Assembly (NCBI RefSeq): GCF_018977255.1
Contig: NW_024704743.1
Span: 63,986,001 to 64,050,000 of the forward strand
Length of the DNA: 64,000 nt
DNA from: Callorhinchus milii
Taxonomy: Eukaryota
Direction of reading: 5' to 3'
In this document: piece by piece, positions 62,946-64,000 of the stretch
How the letters are laid out: each line of letters starts with the position of its first letter
Position numbering within the stretch: the first letter of the stretch is position 1
The notes under the pieces: generated by a model
Told to the model about the DNA's origin: nothing
The model's input: only the letters and a program-made list of their open reading frames with translations
Database searches by the model: none
Made by a program: the position numbers and the translations under genes

Positions 62946-63119
62946 AGGGATAATACCAATAACATTTCTTTACTAACAAAACTCAAATAGACTTTCATTC
63001 CAATTATTTATTTGCCATACAATTTGAAACTTTGGAATTGACTCAATGATAGACCAACAAATTGATAAGTGCTGTTTAGTGTTGAAGTCTAGGACTAGAA
63101 TTTTAATCTGCCCAATTTA

Positions 63120-63362
63120 AATCCTTGCATCACCTTCAAGGCCCTCCACGGCCTTGCTCCTTCCTACCTCTGTGACCTGCTAACCCCTTATCAACCTGTC
63201 CACTCCCTCCGCTCAGCAGGCTCCAGCCTGCTCCATATCCCCTGCTCAGCCCGTCGGCAGTCGAGCCTTCAGCATCTCTACCCCCACCCTCTGGAACTCC
63301 ATCCCACATTCCCTTCGCCTCGCACCCTCCCTTGCCTCCTTCAAGGCACGTCTCAAGACCCT
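63120..63362 (+). mobile_element. L2 3' ORF fragment, followed by a minus-strand SINE tail (to ~63460)
   Basis: TFKALHGLAPSYL, PTLWNSIP and SFKARLKT peptides. Confidence 0.85.
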
Positions 63363-64000
63363 CATAATAATAATCCTTACAGTTAATATTAGCAACTTAT
63401 CACATCATCTCAAAGTGCTTCACAGAATTTTTACTATAAAGTGTAGTGACTTTGTTTGTTGGCAATCCCTGAGTCTCAAAGAGACTCGAGAATCTCCCAA
63501 GAACATTCACAAGTTCCCACATCTCCACTGTTCAAACCTAGCCTCTTTCTTTCATAAATGCCATTCAATTTGAGCTGAGCCACTATCCTTGAATGAGCTT
63601 TGAAAGGCCTCTTTTGGTGCTTGAGCACGATTCTTGCTAAGCTGGAATCCAAGATAGTGGCTGCCAGAGCTTTACAGACATGTTTGGGCACTGCCATTAT
63701 TCAAAAGTAAGGCTGGGGGTAGTTCACACTATTTAATGCTGTTTCTTAACTAAGGGATGGAATGTGTTTAAGAATACCACAATTCTGACCTCTAAACTCT
63801 GTATTGGAGTTAATAGAATATTCTCAGAAGACTTTTGATCCTTCCTAACGTAAGGACTGAAAAAAACATGATTTTTCTATCATGTAATGTAGCTTTAATA
63901 ATCGTAGAATACAGCTGGTTGAATTCAGTTACAAGACTGGGATGTAATTGAACACATTGCTGATGTTGCCATAATGTTTACTTGGAAGGTTTGAATGATT

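Overview
Repeat-rich, largely non-coding vertebrate DNA. The repeats (CR1 and L2 LINEs, tRNA-headed SINEs with a Deu-like core and L2-type 3' tail, Penelope remnants) point to a cartilaginous fish, possibly a holocephalan; this is an inference. No intact protein-coding gene or autonomous element is visible, and essentially all long ORFs are broken LINE ORF2 pieces or their antisense shadows. Host-gene evidence is weak: a plausible terminal coding exon (24-121) with an AT-rich 3'UTR, and two isolated exon-like segments (16109-16147, 43700-43771). I also found a Harbinger transposase fossil, an RTE/RTE-X-like LINE remnant and several nested insertions. The most unusual structures are (i) a CpG-rich 300 bp palindrome of six Staf/ZNF143-like motifs with GTAAGT sites on both strands (7444-7764), (ii) two young CR1 copies sharing an inactivating frameshift, and (iii) covarying 3' stem-loops linking L2 subfamilies and SINEs. 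I cannot support a wholly new biological system from this sequence alone. Boundaries of degraded repeats are approximate.
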